Shown piece by piece: positions 52,253-64,000 of a stretch of 64,000 nucleotides of DNA; positions within the stretch are counted from its first letter, which is position 1; every line of letters starts with the position of its first letter. Under the pieces are notes generated by a model, which searched no databases, had not been told where the DNA came from, and worked only from the letters and a program-made list of their open reading frames with translations. This DNA is from Azolla caroliniana (taxonomy: Eukaryota > Plantae > Polypodiophyta): positions 2,976,001-3,040,000 of the forward strand of contig JBHGNT010000021.1 of assembly GCA_043228905.1 (NCBI GenBank), read 5' to 3'. Position numbers and translations under genes: made by a program.

Positions 52253-55200
52253 TTTTTTTTTCTTTCTAAAAAAACACTACTTCGCATTAGTTAGCAAACA
52301 AAATTACATCATAGAACACCGAAAGTTCTTCTCACCAGCCCTCACTCTGGCCTTCCCACCAAAGTGGACATAGTCCCCACCTCATTTTCCAACAAATGTA
52401 TCCAAACAACTCCAATAACCTAATAATTTGTACCATATCTATACAGATTTACAGCACCTAGACGCTGTTGGAAACCGGAAACAACCATCGGGGTGCTTGG
52501 TAGTTCCATTGAGGCCCTGATGAGGATCTGCCCACCATAGGAGAATTACCCCATTTCAGCAAGATCTTTGATCGAGATCTTTCAGCTGCATCAGATTCCC
52601 CGTTGATTGAGTCGTATCGTCCCCGCAGCCAAGATACCAACTCAAACCAGATATTTAATAATACCTCACCGCTAGGGATCTTTTGTTGTTGAAAAACAAA
52701 TTTACAACGGTTGGTCCAAATGTGCCAGACCGATAAACAAGACACCATCATCCACATCTCTTCAAAAAATTCTGAGTTAGTGCCATGTCGAACTCTAGCC
52801 CGTTGAAACACCTTGCCATCCTGCACTATAAAACCATGTCCGTGGGGGTTTAACTGTTCAGCCCAGCCTTCCCCTGTTAACTTCAGCCCTTGTACGAACC
52901 CCCATACAACTCTCCCATTCACTCTGCATGCTGCCACTATCATGAGACTTCTACCCCAAATGTTAATAACCTCGCTGCAGTTCCAAAAACAATGAGGAAT
53001 TGATTCCAAAGGGTGTCCACAACTTTTGCATCCAGCCTCACCACCACGACACCTAAGCCACTCCCCCACCGGCACCGCTTTGTGACTAAGAAGCCACAAC
53101 CAAAGCTTTAATTTTTTTGGCATATCAAACGCCCATAGCCTCCTCCAAAATGACTTCAACCAGTCATCAGAAATGCCTTTATCCTTCCAACTATTGCGAG
53201 TTAGGCCAACACCCATCAATTTAGAGCCAATGATTTGCCTTCCTAGCTTGGTAGTGTACTCGAAAAACCGTTCAAGTTTGTCCGTTCCCAGTTTCTGCCA
53301 CCACACCTCTAGTGGATCCAATCCAGATCACATTTGGGCTTGTTGTCAACTATCCAGAGTTTACGATCAGATTCCAGCTTCCCTGGGTCCGGGTTTACTT
53401 GCCACTTCTTACCTTCCATCATTGCCACTCGCACTGCCAACCATTGGCCATTGTCTACCAAAGCACTTAGGTTGCCCCACAAACGATACTCATTAGATGG
53501 GCACCTGCCTCGGATAATTTGTGCATCGCCCTCACCTACAAACCACCCAAACCAGACCCCCTCTTCTTCATTCAGCCTAGCTAGACCATCAACAGCCTTA
53601 TCTATCAAGTGGGTAACCTTTTCCAGCCTGCCGGTAAATCTAGGACTTCCAACCAGACCCTCCCTTCTTCTCCTTTTGAACTCCTCCCAGTCTCTTACTG
53701 AACTAACATTGTACCCTACCATTTTTCCCCACGGCAAGTATTTTTTCTGACCAAGCATCATACCATCATCACTTCGAATCCTGGGGTTCCAAAACAGAGG
53801 TTGACGGAGTTGTTCCTCCATTGTTTTTGACTGCATTAAGACCATCCCCTCTCTTAAACTTGACCAGGCCCTCATTATGGTGCGGGCCACCCTATCCTCC
53901 ATGCTAGTAGGTTCTTTTAACGTTAGGCCTGGACTGAACAACCACCACATCTTTGCCTTCCAAGGGCCGCCATTCCTCGGACTCCAGAGTTTAGCTCTGT
54001 CTCTAAGAAGCAATTTCCACAATTATGGTCCAGGTTGGAGACTTCGCACCAAGAGCTTACCAAGTAAAGCCTTACTTTGGTGACCTGGATCCACCATCCC
54101 AAGTCCACCTTGACTTTTTGCCTTGATCAAACAACTCCAGGCCACTTTAGCTGAAGCAGTCTCATGGTCTCTACCCGACCAAAGGAACCCTCTCACTATT
54201 GCCTTAATATTTTTTATGCACTCTTTATCTAACATCCAGCATGCCAACGAGTGCCACATGGTGGCCAACAAAATATGGTTTACCACAACCACTCTACCTG
54301 CAAGGGAAAGCTTTACTGATGCCCATAACCGAAGCTTTTTTCTGATTTTGTCTTTCACTTGCTCAAGTTGCTAATTTTTCTGAATCTCTATTCCCACCAA
54401 AAAGCCAAAATACTTAACAACCCTTCCATTAGGAACCCATTGAAAATCAGCATTAGGTTGCCAATTCGGCCAAGAGTTTGGACTTACCCAAAACCCTCTA
54501 CTTTTGTTCCAATTAATTTTCCCACTTGATACTTTACAGAACAACTCAATTCGATTTTCAGCCTACTGTAAATTAGCATCATTGCCTTGCAGATAGAGCA
54601 TGGTGTCATCTGCATACATGGAGTCCAACAAGTCCTTACAAGCATGTGGGACAACCAAACCTCGAATTCCTGCATCCGGTCTATTTTTAAAGAAAGAGAA
54701 TGCCTCTGAGATAAATAAATAAAGGTAGGGGGCCAATGGGCACCCCTGTCTGAAGACTTACATAATGGAATTGATGGGCCCCGTTGCTCTAGTACCAACA
54801 CCCTACTCAAGCTTCCTTTGTAAAGCGCCAACACAGCTGCTCTCCATTTTGAGGGTAGTCCCAACCGCTCCATGACTTTGTCTAAAAAAGGCCATTGTAC
54901 TCTATCATATGCCTTCTCAAAGTCAAGCATGAGGCATGCAATATGTTGATTGGTTTTCTTAGCCAGGGCAATTGCAAATTCTGCCAGTGAGGGCTGGTCT
55001 CGAAGACTATAATTATTTGATAGTAGCCCATTATAGTGAGATGTGACTGCCTCCATGATCTCCGATACATCTTCTGACAGTGAACCATCCTCCTTGGTCA
55101 GTTTAGGAATGAAGTTACCAATTGTGCACGGTTTTTTAAACTTAAAAAATTGTTGGTTCACCTTGTCCCCATTCCTGCTCCACCAAGCTGCTGAACTCCT

Positions 55201-55678
55201 GAATACCATCTTATTTCTTGACACAATCAGCCGCTGTAGTGTTTCTTTGGCAGCCTCCAAACTTGATCTTGACCAAAGACACTTGGGATTTTTCTGGAGC
55301 ATTCTTTGGGCAGCCGCTATCGATCTTCTTAGTCTCACCTCTCTTTCCTGAGATCTCTCCAATCTATTTTTAGTCTCTTCATGCAAATACTTTGAAGTTT
55401 CAATAATCTTTCCTTTAAGATTATCCAAAGCACCACAACCAGCTAGATTATTTTCCCATATACTCCTTATCTTACTTCTCACCTCCACATCCTCAAAAAG
55501 CTTATTACTAATCCTTAAGTTGCAGTCCCTTTTGTTCAGCCTCTGAGTGACCAACGTAATCGAAACCAGCATGTGATCAAAGTAAGCTGAACCTGCGATG
55601 ATTTCAACATTGTTGCCATATTTTCCAATTCCGAGCTTATGTATATTCTGTCTATGCGAGACATACAATAGCCATTTA
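52253..55678 (-). mobile_element. 5'-truncated L1-type LINE (endonuclease end, RT, C-terminal Cys/His region) with 15-bp TSD
   Basis: TACACCAAAGTATCT at 52238-52252 and 55679-55693; T-rich tail at ~52252-52266; motifs SRIDRIY, LDFEKAYDRV, RQGCPLAPYLF, YADD, LSLAGRVVVVN, CKSCGHPLESIPHCFWNC; frameshifts, stops and an internal deletion in the early RT. Confidence 0.95.
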
Positions 55679-56649
55679 TACACCAAAGTATCTATTTAAC
55701 CCAATATTAAGAACTTAACCTTCATTTAAAAACAAGGGTAACTACATGTATGTACGTTATTTTGTGTACAATCTTTGGGCATTTCTTCAAACAATGTAGT
55801 GTTTTTTTTTTCTTTTAAAAAATTTGTTACATCAGATCTTCTTTACCCCCTAATGTGATGCAAAGAAATAAGTAATAGTCATAAGCAATTCGTGTAACCC
55901 TCTCTCAAACTAAGGGCGGCCTTCTATATACACATTTGTACATGGATATTCTCAATGCTATATTAATGTAAGTACCCACACCATCTAGTAATGAGTACTC
56001 GATGCGGAGGTAGAAGTCAAACCTTATTGAATTAGCATATAACTAAAAATGTGGGTGGTCTTACATGTGTGTGAACATTGAAATAATGAATGTCCAATCA
56101 AACATAAATATTCATGTCTTTAATGTTGTGCTTTAGGGGTATTCCCTGCCTATTATAGTGGATTGGTGCTCGTACTCATCGATTGTGCCCATCCCATGGC
56201 ACATGCACATAAAATTGCTTGGATATTTTGTAAAGTTTTTCGTGGAAAATAAATATCATATTGTCACAAAGCAATCAGCCAATAAATTGTGAGAAGTGTT
56301 TAGATGGCAAATATAGTTGCTATCCATGAGGCATACATAATCTAGTTCTCGAATCAAAGCCAACTGAGTGTAAATTGATTGATTGTTATTTCTTCATACT
56401 ACCATTCATAAGCCATAGCTTACTTTGACATTCTCTACCGTCTATATAATTCCAAGGGTTTTCCTAGTCATTGTGTTGTTTATTGGTATTCTTCCTTAAA
56501 GGTTGGTCATCTAATCCTCAATTTTAAGAATCTATCTAATGCACTTTCTTTATTGTAAACTACTCTTATTGGTTTGTTCCTAGCTCAATCAATTTTGCTT
56601 TCATAGCTCTGTCTTAACACTCCATAAATGGGGTTTGCCACTTTACTCA

Positions 56650-57260
56650 GGAAGAAATACATGAGGTATCATATGTACAAGAGTTGGGCCTAATACAAAG
56701 CTTCGTGGCTTTGATTAACTCTAAAAATGTGGAGCCTAAAGCGATCCTTCTCAGGGGAAAGACTAACGGTCTTCTATAGTCCAAGGACGGTGGGAGGATG
56801 CTGCATGAGAGAGTTTGTGGGAATGGGGTTTGGCACTTATGGTGGGAACATTTTATCACCGTGTCATTGACACAAACTTGCAGAATCATGTTCAAAAGAT
56901 TGACATGGCCAAGAAGTGATTGTGAGAAAATTGTTGGATTGGCTACCCATTGCCACATCACGAACAAACAAATGCTTTCATATATTTGTAAGTGTTTATT
57001 TACAATGTACAAAAGATGGAATGGTTTTGCCTCATTATGGATGGAAAGTTTCGAACATTATGCTAGTTATTCATGATAACGGATAATGTGGCAATTTGTG
57101 CAATGTCGTGGCTTATTAGTGCCCTGTTGCTGTTCATTTGGCAAGTAATAATCTGATATGGAGAAATGTGCCGTTGTTTTTAAAATGCAATAGAAAAGTA
57201 ATGTAATTGGCAATTAATATATGCTACAATCAATGGGACCAAGATTTTGTTATCCTTGAA
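56650..57260 (+). mobile_element. Older LINE 3' remnant
   Basis: Trp/Cys-rich broken frames resembling the LINE ORF2 C-terminus; weak. Confidence 0.35.
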
Positions 57261-59359
57261 ATGGGTGTCCAAAAGTTGGTTGAACTTTTTAACGAGTGTA
57301 CATATTACGTCACACGTGAATAAACATAGCTTTGATGAGATGGGTTTTCTGCAACTTTCCCTAATCTTATGATGACTATGTGCGGGTTAGTTCTAAAAAG
57401 AACAAGGATATTAATTGTAATATTCAATTCTACAAAGTGGGATAATCATTAAGTGTGTTATCACTTGACCACCGCACATAAAGTAGTCAAGTGTGATCAT
57501 ACTAGGGTTGCATATATGTATAAGAAGGCTAGATGCTTTCTTATAAAGGAGGCTTGTCTTATGTTGAGAATATGACAAATTGGCTATGTCACTTGTTAGT
57601 GAAGCACGTGCAATCCTCACAGAAGCCAAGGTATGACTCACATAAACCCTCAATGGTATGGGACATCGAGGAGGTTTGGGTTCGTCTCAAGCTATTGTTA
57701 GGGGGTGGTCGGATGGTTTGCCATCCCCCTTCCTTTCTTTGGTCTATAATTCATTATGTTTTGCTTGAGTAATTAGTTAGACTCTAACCATACATGGCAA
57801 TAAAGTAAAAATTCGTGTGAGAAATGATGCCGCCCATATCAAGTCACGGAAGAAAAGTGAGAACATATCGAGATAATTATTAGGCAATGTAATGGTAGTA
57901 AGAGATGCTTGCATTCTTTTCATAAAGTTCTCTTCAACAAATCATGGAATAAACCTTTCCTCGCTTAAATGTAGTGTTGTGTACAACAAAAGTAATTATA
58001 CTAAATGTTGCATGTGAAGCCGAACATGCCTTACACATTTAAGCTTGATGTGAATGTGTTTGTGTTGTGTATTTAGTTCTCAAGTGCAAGACTTATATAA
58101 CAAAATATCCAAAAGGAAACTGTGTTAATAACTAGGAGATTGCATTGAAATACACACAAATTTGACTTTAGTATTACCATAAGCTATTGTTGAGATATCA
58201 AATTACGAGATAAAGACACGAGATTCAACATAGTTTTAGAAGTCGATGCTTGGTCCTCAATGAGTTTTATGTTCAACATATCTTCCATTTGCCTTTATCA
58301 TAGTAGGTTATATATAACCCATGTATTGAAAGCATGGTCATTATTATTATAGAGGCCATTTGTGCATTGTTCTAAGTGGATGGGTTCTTCATATGATACG
58401 AAATAATTTGTTTTGAGGAATGACAAATCAAATATTTTTAATGATTTTTGTACTTCAAAACTTACTCCCAAGATTTCAAGATGCAATCCATGATTTCTTT
58501 GTAATTTGCATATACTTATTGTTTTTTTGTTTATGCACAAGCCTTTCCACTTCACAAGGGTCAGAGTCGAGTTACTTGAGGATGCTTATGGTGATGCTAA
58601 ATTATGTACTTGAAGGGTTGTACTTTGCTTGTTTAGCATATGATAGATATCTTTAGGAAATTGGGTAACGGGTTCCCCAAAAAGGAGAAACACATATGTT
58701 ATTAATCGACCTGGTTGGAGTTTCTCGAGCAAACTCTGTGTGTATACATAACTTGGTCTCATTCCATTTTAACACAAAGAAACCCATACAATGTTTAGGA
58801 TTTCTTGACGTGGGTTATTTCCAATCTAATAACAACGTGGATGCGAATCTCCCTCGTTTTCACAATGATTGAATATGATCTCCGAGCAAAACAACGTTTC
58901 TCTCATACAAATCATAATTTGCAAAATGGGACATGTCCTGACATCGTTGAACGCGGAAGGTTTATTTCTCTATAAAAAAAGACTTACCTTGTTACAATAT
59001 AACATACAATATGTGTACACAATGGTGACAACAAAGTGTATTACGGTGAAACAAGCCTTTAAAAAAAATAAAATACATATAAGCTTGAGCCATCGAGTCG
59101 AGATATTACACAATATAACCAATATGAAAGTGCGATCTGAGGAAAATAGAAACATTGTAGAGGAATTGATCAGATAAGATTTGATATATCTTTTCCTTCC
59201 TTCCTTTCCTTTCCTTCTTTCTTTCTCTTCTTCTTCTTCTTCTTTGTTTTCATTTATTTATGTTTTTGACCCCCTTCCCCCCCCCCCCCCCCCCCCTTTT
59301 CCTTCCTTCCGCTGTCGTTTTCAAATAAAAGCCTTTTCGAGAACTTCTTTCAATTTTTG

Positions 59360-60723
59360 AATTTGGGCGGGAAAACCTGCGGCCCAAGTCTCTCTCTCTC
59401 TCTCATACACACACACACACTCAGTCTTTCTTTCTCTTTCTCTCTCTCTGCGTGTGTCTGAGTCTGTCGTCTGTCCAAAGATCTAGGGTTTTACCTCACA
59501 CCCACGACTCCTGCGATTTAGGGTTTCACTTCTCTCCCTTCAGATTTAGGGTTTCAGTCGCCCCCTCCTTCTCTCTCTCTCTCTCTGTTTTCCTGCTGGT
59601 TTAAATTTCCATATTATCTCTGTCAGTAGTCAGTCAGTCTCTCCGTGCCTTTGCGACAGATTTGAATTTATATTCTCTCCCTTTCGCTCTGCGTTTCGGC
59701 AGATTTGAATTTTTACAGTGTCTTCTCTGGCATTCCCTGCAAAAGTAGGGCCCTAGTTCTCTATCTCGCTCTCTATCCACTCTGCATTATCTGCAGATTT
59801 AAAGTTTTGTTTTTCCTTTGTAATCGTCGGATTTTCCAATTTTAGGCCTCTCTCTCTCTCCGTCACATTATCTGCAGGTTGCGGGCCGTTTCGTTTCGCA
59901 GCTTCTTCTTTGCTGCCTAAGTCGTCTGCATACTCATCGCTTGTGTTCAATCCTTGTTCTCAATTCTGAGAATGATGGAAATTCCCCTCTGGTATTTCTT
60001 CATGATGACTTCGGCAAAACCAGGAGACTCTCCTCAATGACCTCCCCCTCGCAGTTATGAAGATTGTTTTGTTCACAATCTTCGCCTGATATCTCCTTCT
60101 GTTCAAATAGAAAATCCTCGTGAAGGTAAGATGTTCATCTTTTTCCTCGCACTGGTCATGATCTTTTCCTATCTTTTCTGTAGATTTCTGTCTGTATATT
60201 ATTCTTTCTTTTCTTAGCCAGAAGTTTTCATTTTCCTACTCTTCAACTCCTCGTTTCTGCAGACATTATTACCATGTTTCTTCTATCCTAGATGTGTTTA
60301 TAATTGTTTCTAATTTTTGGTTAAATGCAACCGTTAAAATCTTTCCCCTCGTTTGTGTCCAGGAAATCAGTGGTTTCGATTTTTGCTAGTCTGTTTATGG
60401 GGAAATTATGTACTTTTGGCCGTCCCTGGGTTGCTTTTTTGATTCGGTTAGCATGCATATCTTTCCGCTTCTTTTCCTGCTCATCATTCTCCTCTTTAAG
60501 AAGAAATTCTTAAGTTTTTTTGCTACTCACTATGCTTAGTGTTTTATTCCTCTCCTACTGTGTTAGGTCTATAGGAACCAGCTATTATTCATTTTCAGGC
60601 CCTTTTTTCTCCATATCGATGTATATTTTCCTTTTGTATATCAATATTCTATCATGAGTTAGCATCACTATTAAGTATTTCTATCATGTTTCGATCTAAT
60701 GTAATTTTGCTAATGTTGCACAG
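59360..60723 (+). promoter_or_regulatory. ROP promoter/5' leader with telo-boxes, (CT)n, uORFs and a 5'-UTR intron 60126-60723
   Basis: TAGGGTTT at ~59485, 59519, 59547; pyrimidine-rich tracts; donor AAG|GTAAGA at 60125/60126; acceptor GCACAG| at 60723, 32 nt before the ATG. Confidence 0.7.
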
Positions 60724-60755
60724 GCTGTAAATATAATTGACTTGCTTAAAGACAC

Positions 60756-62919
60756 ATGACATCTCCACGATTCATCAAATGTGTTACTGTGGGAGATGGA
60801 GCTGTTGGAAAGACTTGTATGCTCATCTCTTACACCAGCAATACCTTCCCTTCCGTAATATTTCCTCACAAACACCTTTTTCTATGATAATTGTATGCTT
60901 ATATCAGTCGTATATTTTCTTACGGTATCTGACATTTAGACTTATATTTTTTTCTATCTTTTCGCACATGTTTGTGTCGATTCTTTATCTTTTCAAATGG
61001 GGTTTAGTTCTTGATACTTATCAGCTTACTTTCCATTATAGTTTTGAGAGAATAGGAATAGTTAGGATAGGCTGCATTTTTTAATAAACCTATTTATAAA
61101 TTCTATATATTTTTGTTGTGTTCTGTTTGGCTAGCACTTTTTGTTATTGATAGCAAGGTTGCTCTTGTTTCCCTTGTTGTACCTTCTCTTTTAGTTAAAC
61201 TTATCTGAAACATTGTAAATCTTTCTATTTGTTTTAATTTCCGTTTACCAGGATTATGTGCCCACTGTGTTCGATAACTTCAGTGCCAATGTGGTTGCTA
61301 TGGATGGAACCTCAATCAATCTTGGCCTTTGGGATACTGCAGGTTTGTTTTATTTTTCTATGAAGCGTAAACTCAGAAATGATGTATTATACTCTTCTTA
61401 AAAATAGGAAAATCATTTCCAATTTTTATACGTGCAACTTTCTACGAAGTAATATTTTATTAATATATGGAAATTTTGTTCGGGACATCTCTCCCGTGTT
61501 TAAATGTTCCATTCTAACTGTTTCAGGTCAAGAAGACTATAATAGACTTAGACCACTCAGTTATCGTGGAGCTGATGTCTTTCTGTTAGCATTCTCTCTG
61601 ATTAGCAAAGCAAGCTACGAAAATATCTCAAAAAAGGTATGCATTCAATGGATATTTTAATCTGCGTGGTATATAATTGTTGGATATACTCATGTATGTT
61701 TATGGAATTCCCTAGTTTTCTATCTTTTTAAATATATGCATCACATTAGTTTTGTGATATGTTGCCCCATGTAATATATATAAATATATAGTGTGTTAAT
61801 GTATGCACAGCATGGATCCTGTGCACAATTGTTGTCTCTTTTAATGTCAGTGCACATAGGCAAGTAGGGAGGATTCTAAATGTATCTATGACAGCAGTAA
61901 ACTACCTATGTATGTTTATGATGCTCTTTACTTTTTGATCTTTTTAAATTTATGCATCCCAGTGGTGTCGTGATGTGTTGCAGTACAATATATAAATATA
62001 TACTGGGTTAATGTACCACAGTATGGATTTTTGACTACATATGTTGTCTCTTTTAATGTCAGCGTATATAGACAAGTATGCAGGAGTCTAAATGTATATA
62101 TCACATCAGTAAACTGATTTCTGGCGTAAAAAGTGTATAAAAGTACATATGCTTGTGTGTTTAAATTTGTATAGAAGACATATCTAAGTTCTATTGTCGT
62201 TTTGTTTTTATCTCTTACAGTGGATACCAGAACTAAGGCATTATGCTCCTAACGTGCCCATTATATTAGTTGGCACAAAATTGGGTACGTCTTTTCTGCA
62301 GAATTGATTTTTGGAAAAGCTTGTTTAGTTGCAATTCAAATCTCATGATTATCTTGTTGGCATCATATATCTTGTAGATCTCCGAGATGACAAGCAATTT
62401 TTAACCAGTCATGCAGGTGCTGTACCTATTACTACAGCTCAGGTAAGTCTGTTAGATTGTAATTGGAAGACAAACAAATGGCTTATGTCATGATATATTG
62501 ATCAGATAATGGCAGGATTGGATAAGAATTCCTCATTGCAATGCTTGTATGAGTTTCATATAACTTTCTAATGAACAGGGTGAAGAGTTGTGCCGGCTGA
62601 TTGGTGCCTCTGCATATGTGGAATGCAGTTCCAAAACTCAACAGGTAAACAATATTACCAATCTTTTATTCTTAATAACGACCTTCTCTCCAGGTAGTTA
62701 TCATTTTTTAAGAACAATAACTTCAGTCTTGTGTGCTAGCTAATATAAATCTCTACAGTTGGTTGTCATTGCCTAAGAAGAATATATTGGCAATCGTAAT
62801 TGGTGTTCTGTGTGTTTCAGAATGTAAAAGCAGTGTTTGATTCAGCTGTTAGAGTTGTGTTACAACCTCCGAAGCAACGCAAGGCGAAGAAGAAATCCAA
62901 GAGTTGCTCAATTCTATGA
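60756..62919 (+). CDS. ROP: Type I ROP/RAC GTPase, 197 aa; exons 60756-60854, 61252-61342, 61527-61636, 62221-62284, 62378-62442, 62579-62644, 62821-62919
   Basis: [62 protein letters not shown], polybasic tail and CSIL* CaaL box; exon lengths sum to 594; all introns GT-AG. Confidence 0.97.
61690..62115. repeat. ~215-bp diverged tandem duplication in ROP intron 3
   Basis: atgtatgtttatg...ttgtctcttttaatgtcag...cagtaaact occurs twice (from ~61692 and ~61908). Confidence 0.85.
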
Positions 62920-64000
62920 AGAGAAGTCAAAGAATTGCAACAATTCGGCGAACTGGAAGAAGACATCGGAGAATTGTACAATTCTGTGAATTATCAGATG
63001 ATTTTGAAATTGAAGGGCTAATGGTTTTGGTAGAATTGAATGATATGTAAATATATTTCCGATATATGTCATGTTAGTTTGTGGGCAAGGTTCTCTCGTA
63101 CATGATATGTTAACAAGATATAATGTATTTTTTGGCATTCTAGACAACCGTGTACCTTGTTTACATTCTGATTTGTCTTTGCTTGTTTGGCTCTTGTTGG
63201 TTTCAAGACATTTGTTTCCTTGAGTTACCGAATCATCTGAATTTCTGAATCTTCAAATTTGTGTATTGGTTAATATTGATAAGTTTAGGTTACTACCACA
63301 GCATGGCAGAAAGACAAGAAAAGTCTTCGGAATCTGACATAAAAGTACATTTTTTGACTGCAGGTTTCTTTAAAAAACCAGTTGTAGTTGTAGGAAACAA
63401 CGCATGTGACTTTTTTTAGATAAGTGTTCAAGTAATGATAAGTACACAGTAATGTAGTAAACAAATCAAGAGTTAACTTGTACAGTCATCAAAGAGTACA
63501 GCATCCTGGAATTTTGAACAAACTTCTATTATGAAATGAAGCTTTAAACAAAGGATACAAGTAACAGTCCAATCATCAATCAAAGCATGTTTTCAATTAC
63601 ATGCTTTGATCATTTGATGTATCAGTTACACATAGTTGAAAACATAAACTGTCTTAGGAGACAGACATTCACTTAGTGCCATTGAATGGAAGGAGAAATG
63701 GAGCAGCTCAATGCTTACAACTGGTCTATATACCGAATGCATACAAATCAGGACTGTATATATACATCTACAATTGACCATATTTCGCCAATACTACTAT
63801 TTGAGATTATTTTTGTAAAACTTCCTCTAGGACAGCTAGAATGAAGACATGTGCTTCCCTTCACAACATCACAACCATCAAATATTTGCAACCTTGCATT
63901 GCTCATTAATGTTTGACCTTGGCGGTAAACACCAGAAGCATATTCATTCATGCTAGGAGCAATAATTCATCTAATCTGAATGAACAGGGTTGTGGGATTA

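Noticed and set aside
51726-62919. Functional ROP plus GDI module
   Set aside because: The fragment is Rab-GDI, not Rho-GDI, and is a truncated pseudogene; proximity is probably coincidental.

Overview
AT-rich land-plant nuclear DNA (spliceosomal GT-AG introns, (GA)n microsatellites, decayed LINE and LTR retroelements); a seed-free plant such as a fern is my inference and cannot be proven from the window. Five intact genes were reconstructed by hand: plastid thioredoxin m (2 exons, -), UBC8/UBC4-5-type ubiquitin-conjugating enzyme E2 (4 exons, -), a single-exon PLS/E-class PPR protein (-), a thaumatin-like protein (2 exons, +) and a type I ROP GTPase (7 coding exons, +). The main structure the ORF track hides is a four-unit tandem array of the UBC locus at ~11-37.4 kb. 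It contains the intact E2, two strongly diverged copies that lost the catalytic Cys and most of exon 4 (UEV-like) and share a Ty3/gypsy remnant, and a copy that keeps the flanks and 3' UTR but carries a 58-aa hydrophobic small ORF in place of the E2 coding sequence. Also seen: a mitochondrial-type LSU rRNA fragment in a UBC intron, an intronless Rab-GDI fragment, a 5'-truncated LINE with a 15-bp TSD, a solo LTR with TSD, tRNA-derived SINE heads, a ~1.1-kb foldback, a miRNA-like hairpin, chained uORFs upstream of ROP and a second out-of-frame CaaL tail after the ROP stop.
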